A DNA stretch of 64,000 nt, taken from Lama glama (taxonomy: Eukaryota). This document shows positions 63,368 through 64,000 of this stretch, piece by piece (within the stretch, counting starts at the first letter, position 1; every line of letters starts with the position of its first letter). The DNA lies in the NCBI GenBank assembly GCA_028534125.1, contig CM052817.1, positions 73,658,001-73,722,000 on the forward strand, written 5' to 3'. The notes below the pieces were generated by a model. The model did not search any database. It was not told the origin of the DNA and worked only from the letters and a program-made list of their open reading frames with translations. The translations under genes were made by a program, and so were the position numbers.

Positions 63368-63565
63368 CCCTCAAAATGTGTTCCGTGAACCACCCACATC
63401 AGAAGAATCACCTAGGGTGTTTTAAAGTGACGTGGATTGCTGAGCCCCATTCCAGACCTCCAGAGTTAGAATCTCCAAGGTGGGAGCCAAGAATATTTAC
63501 TTAACAAGATTAACCATGATCTCTAAGTAACCCTTAAGTGCATTAATGTATGATAAACCACTGCT
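63368..63565. mobile_element. MER5-like DNA transposon relic
   Basis: ctcaaaatgtg...catcagaagaatcacctagg...gagccccattccagacct...agaatctccaaggtgggagcc...aaccactg. Confidence 0.7.
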
Positions 63566-64000
63566 TTATGTTCTAAGAAGTTGACGTTACTGAAGAGACC
63601 AGATTGAATATGTAACAACTGCACAGAGGGCATAAGAGTATAAAAACCCTTCATAGTCTATTCAGTTTCTTCTAATCCAGGTTAATTCAACTGGTTGCCA
63701 AATTCTATTTAAGAAACCAAGACCACACAGGACATGTGGGAACTGAGGCTGCTTGGCCAACTAATGGGACCTCCTCCAGATCTTATGTATTATCATAAAA
63801 GTAAGAAAGTGTCTGTGTTGTATTGCAATGGAATTTTAAACCATAGCACTTAAGGTAAATGTAAGCTCCACCTCTGAAAGCTAACAATTGCTATACACCT
63901 ATATAGAGTCCTTTCATTGTTTAAGCTTGTCAGCTCCCATCAGAAGTCTAGGGACTGAGGTACTATAAGATGCTGTTATGAAAATGTGTCCCCCAATTTT

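Larger units (their letters stand above)
1..64000 (+). other. ANK2: 5' region (alternative first exons and long introns) of the ankyrin-B gene
   Basis: Contains the MAHAAASIKK...RKRK exon, which I recall as an ANK2 alternative N-terminus; it is paralogous to the ANK3 N-terminus MAHAASQLKK...RKKK. The rest is repeat-rich, exon-poor sequence typical of long introns. No ankyrin-repeat exon was seen. Confidence 0.8.

Overview
AT-rich mammalian genomic DNA, most likely a camelid, judged from several tRNA-Ala(AGC)-derived SINEs of the vic-1 type. The window looks like the 5' region of the ankyrin-B gene (ANK2, + strand), which has very long introns. One recognisable alternative first coding exon lies at 28827-28955 (MAHAAASIKKVREAELDEKEK...RKRK, phase-0 donor gtatga). 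A second strong candidate first exon lies at 54388-54522 (MGNAALCPSC...ELGVR, phase-0 donor gtaagt) in a CpG-enriched promoter-like region. Weaker phase-0 start-exon candidates lie at about 13.0 kb and 25.0-25.4 kb. I did not find the shared ankyrin-repeat exons, so they presumably lie downstream. The rest is intronic: a processed PPIA (cyclophilin A) pseudogene with target-site duplications, 5'-truncated L1s, camelid SINEs, ancient MIR/L2/MLT1/MER elements, microsatellites and one small tandem duplication. There are no prokaryotic systems, CRISPR arrays or rRNA, and most ORFs in the supplied track are chance ORFs. The most interesting signal is an apparent array of swappable N-terminal exons for ankyrin-B, including one with a myristoylation/palmitoylation-like leader. 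Gene and repeat names come from recall of known sequences, not from database searches. Boundaries of ancient repeats are approximate.
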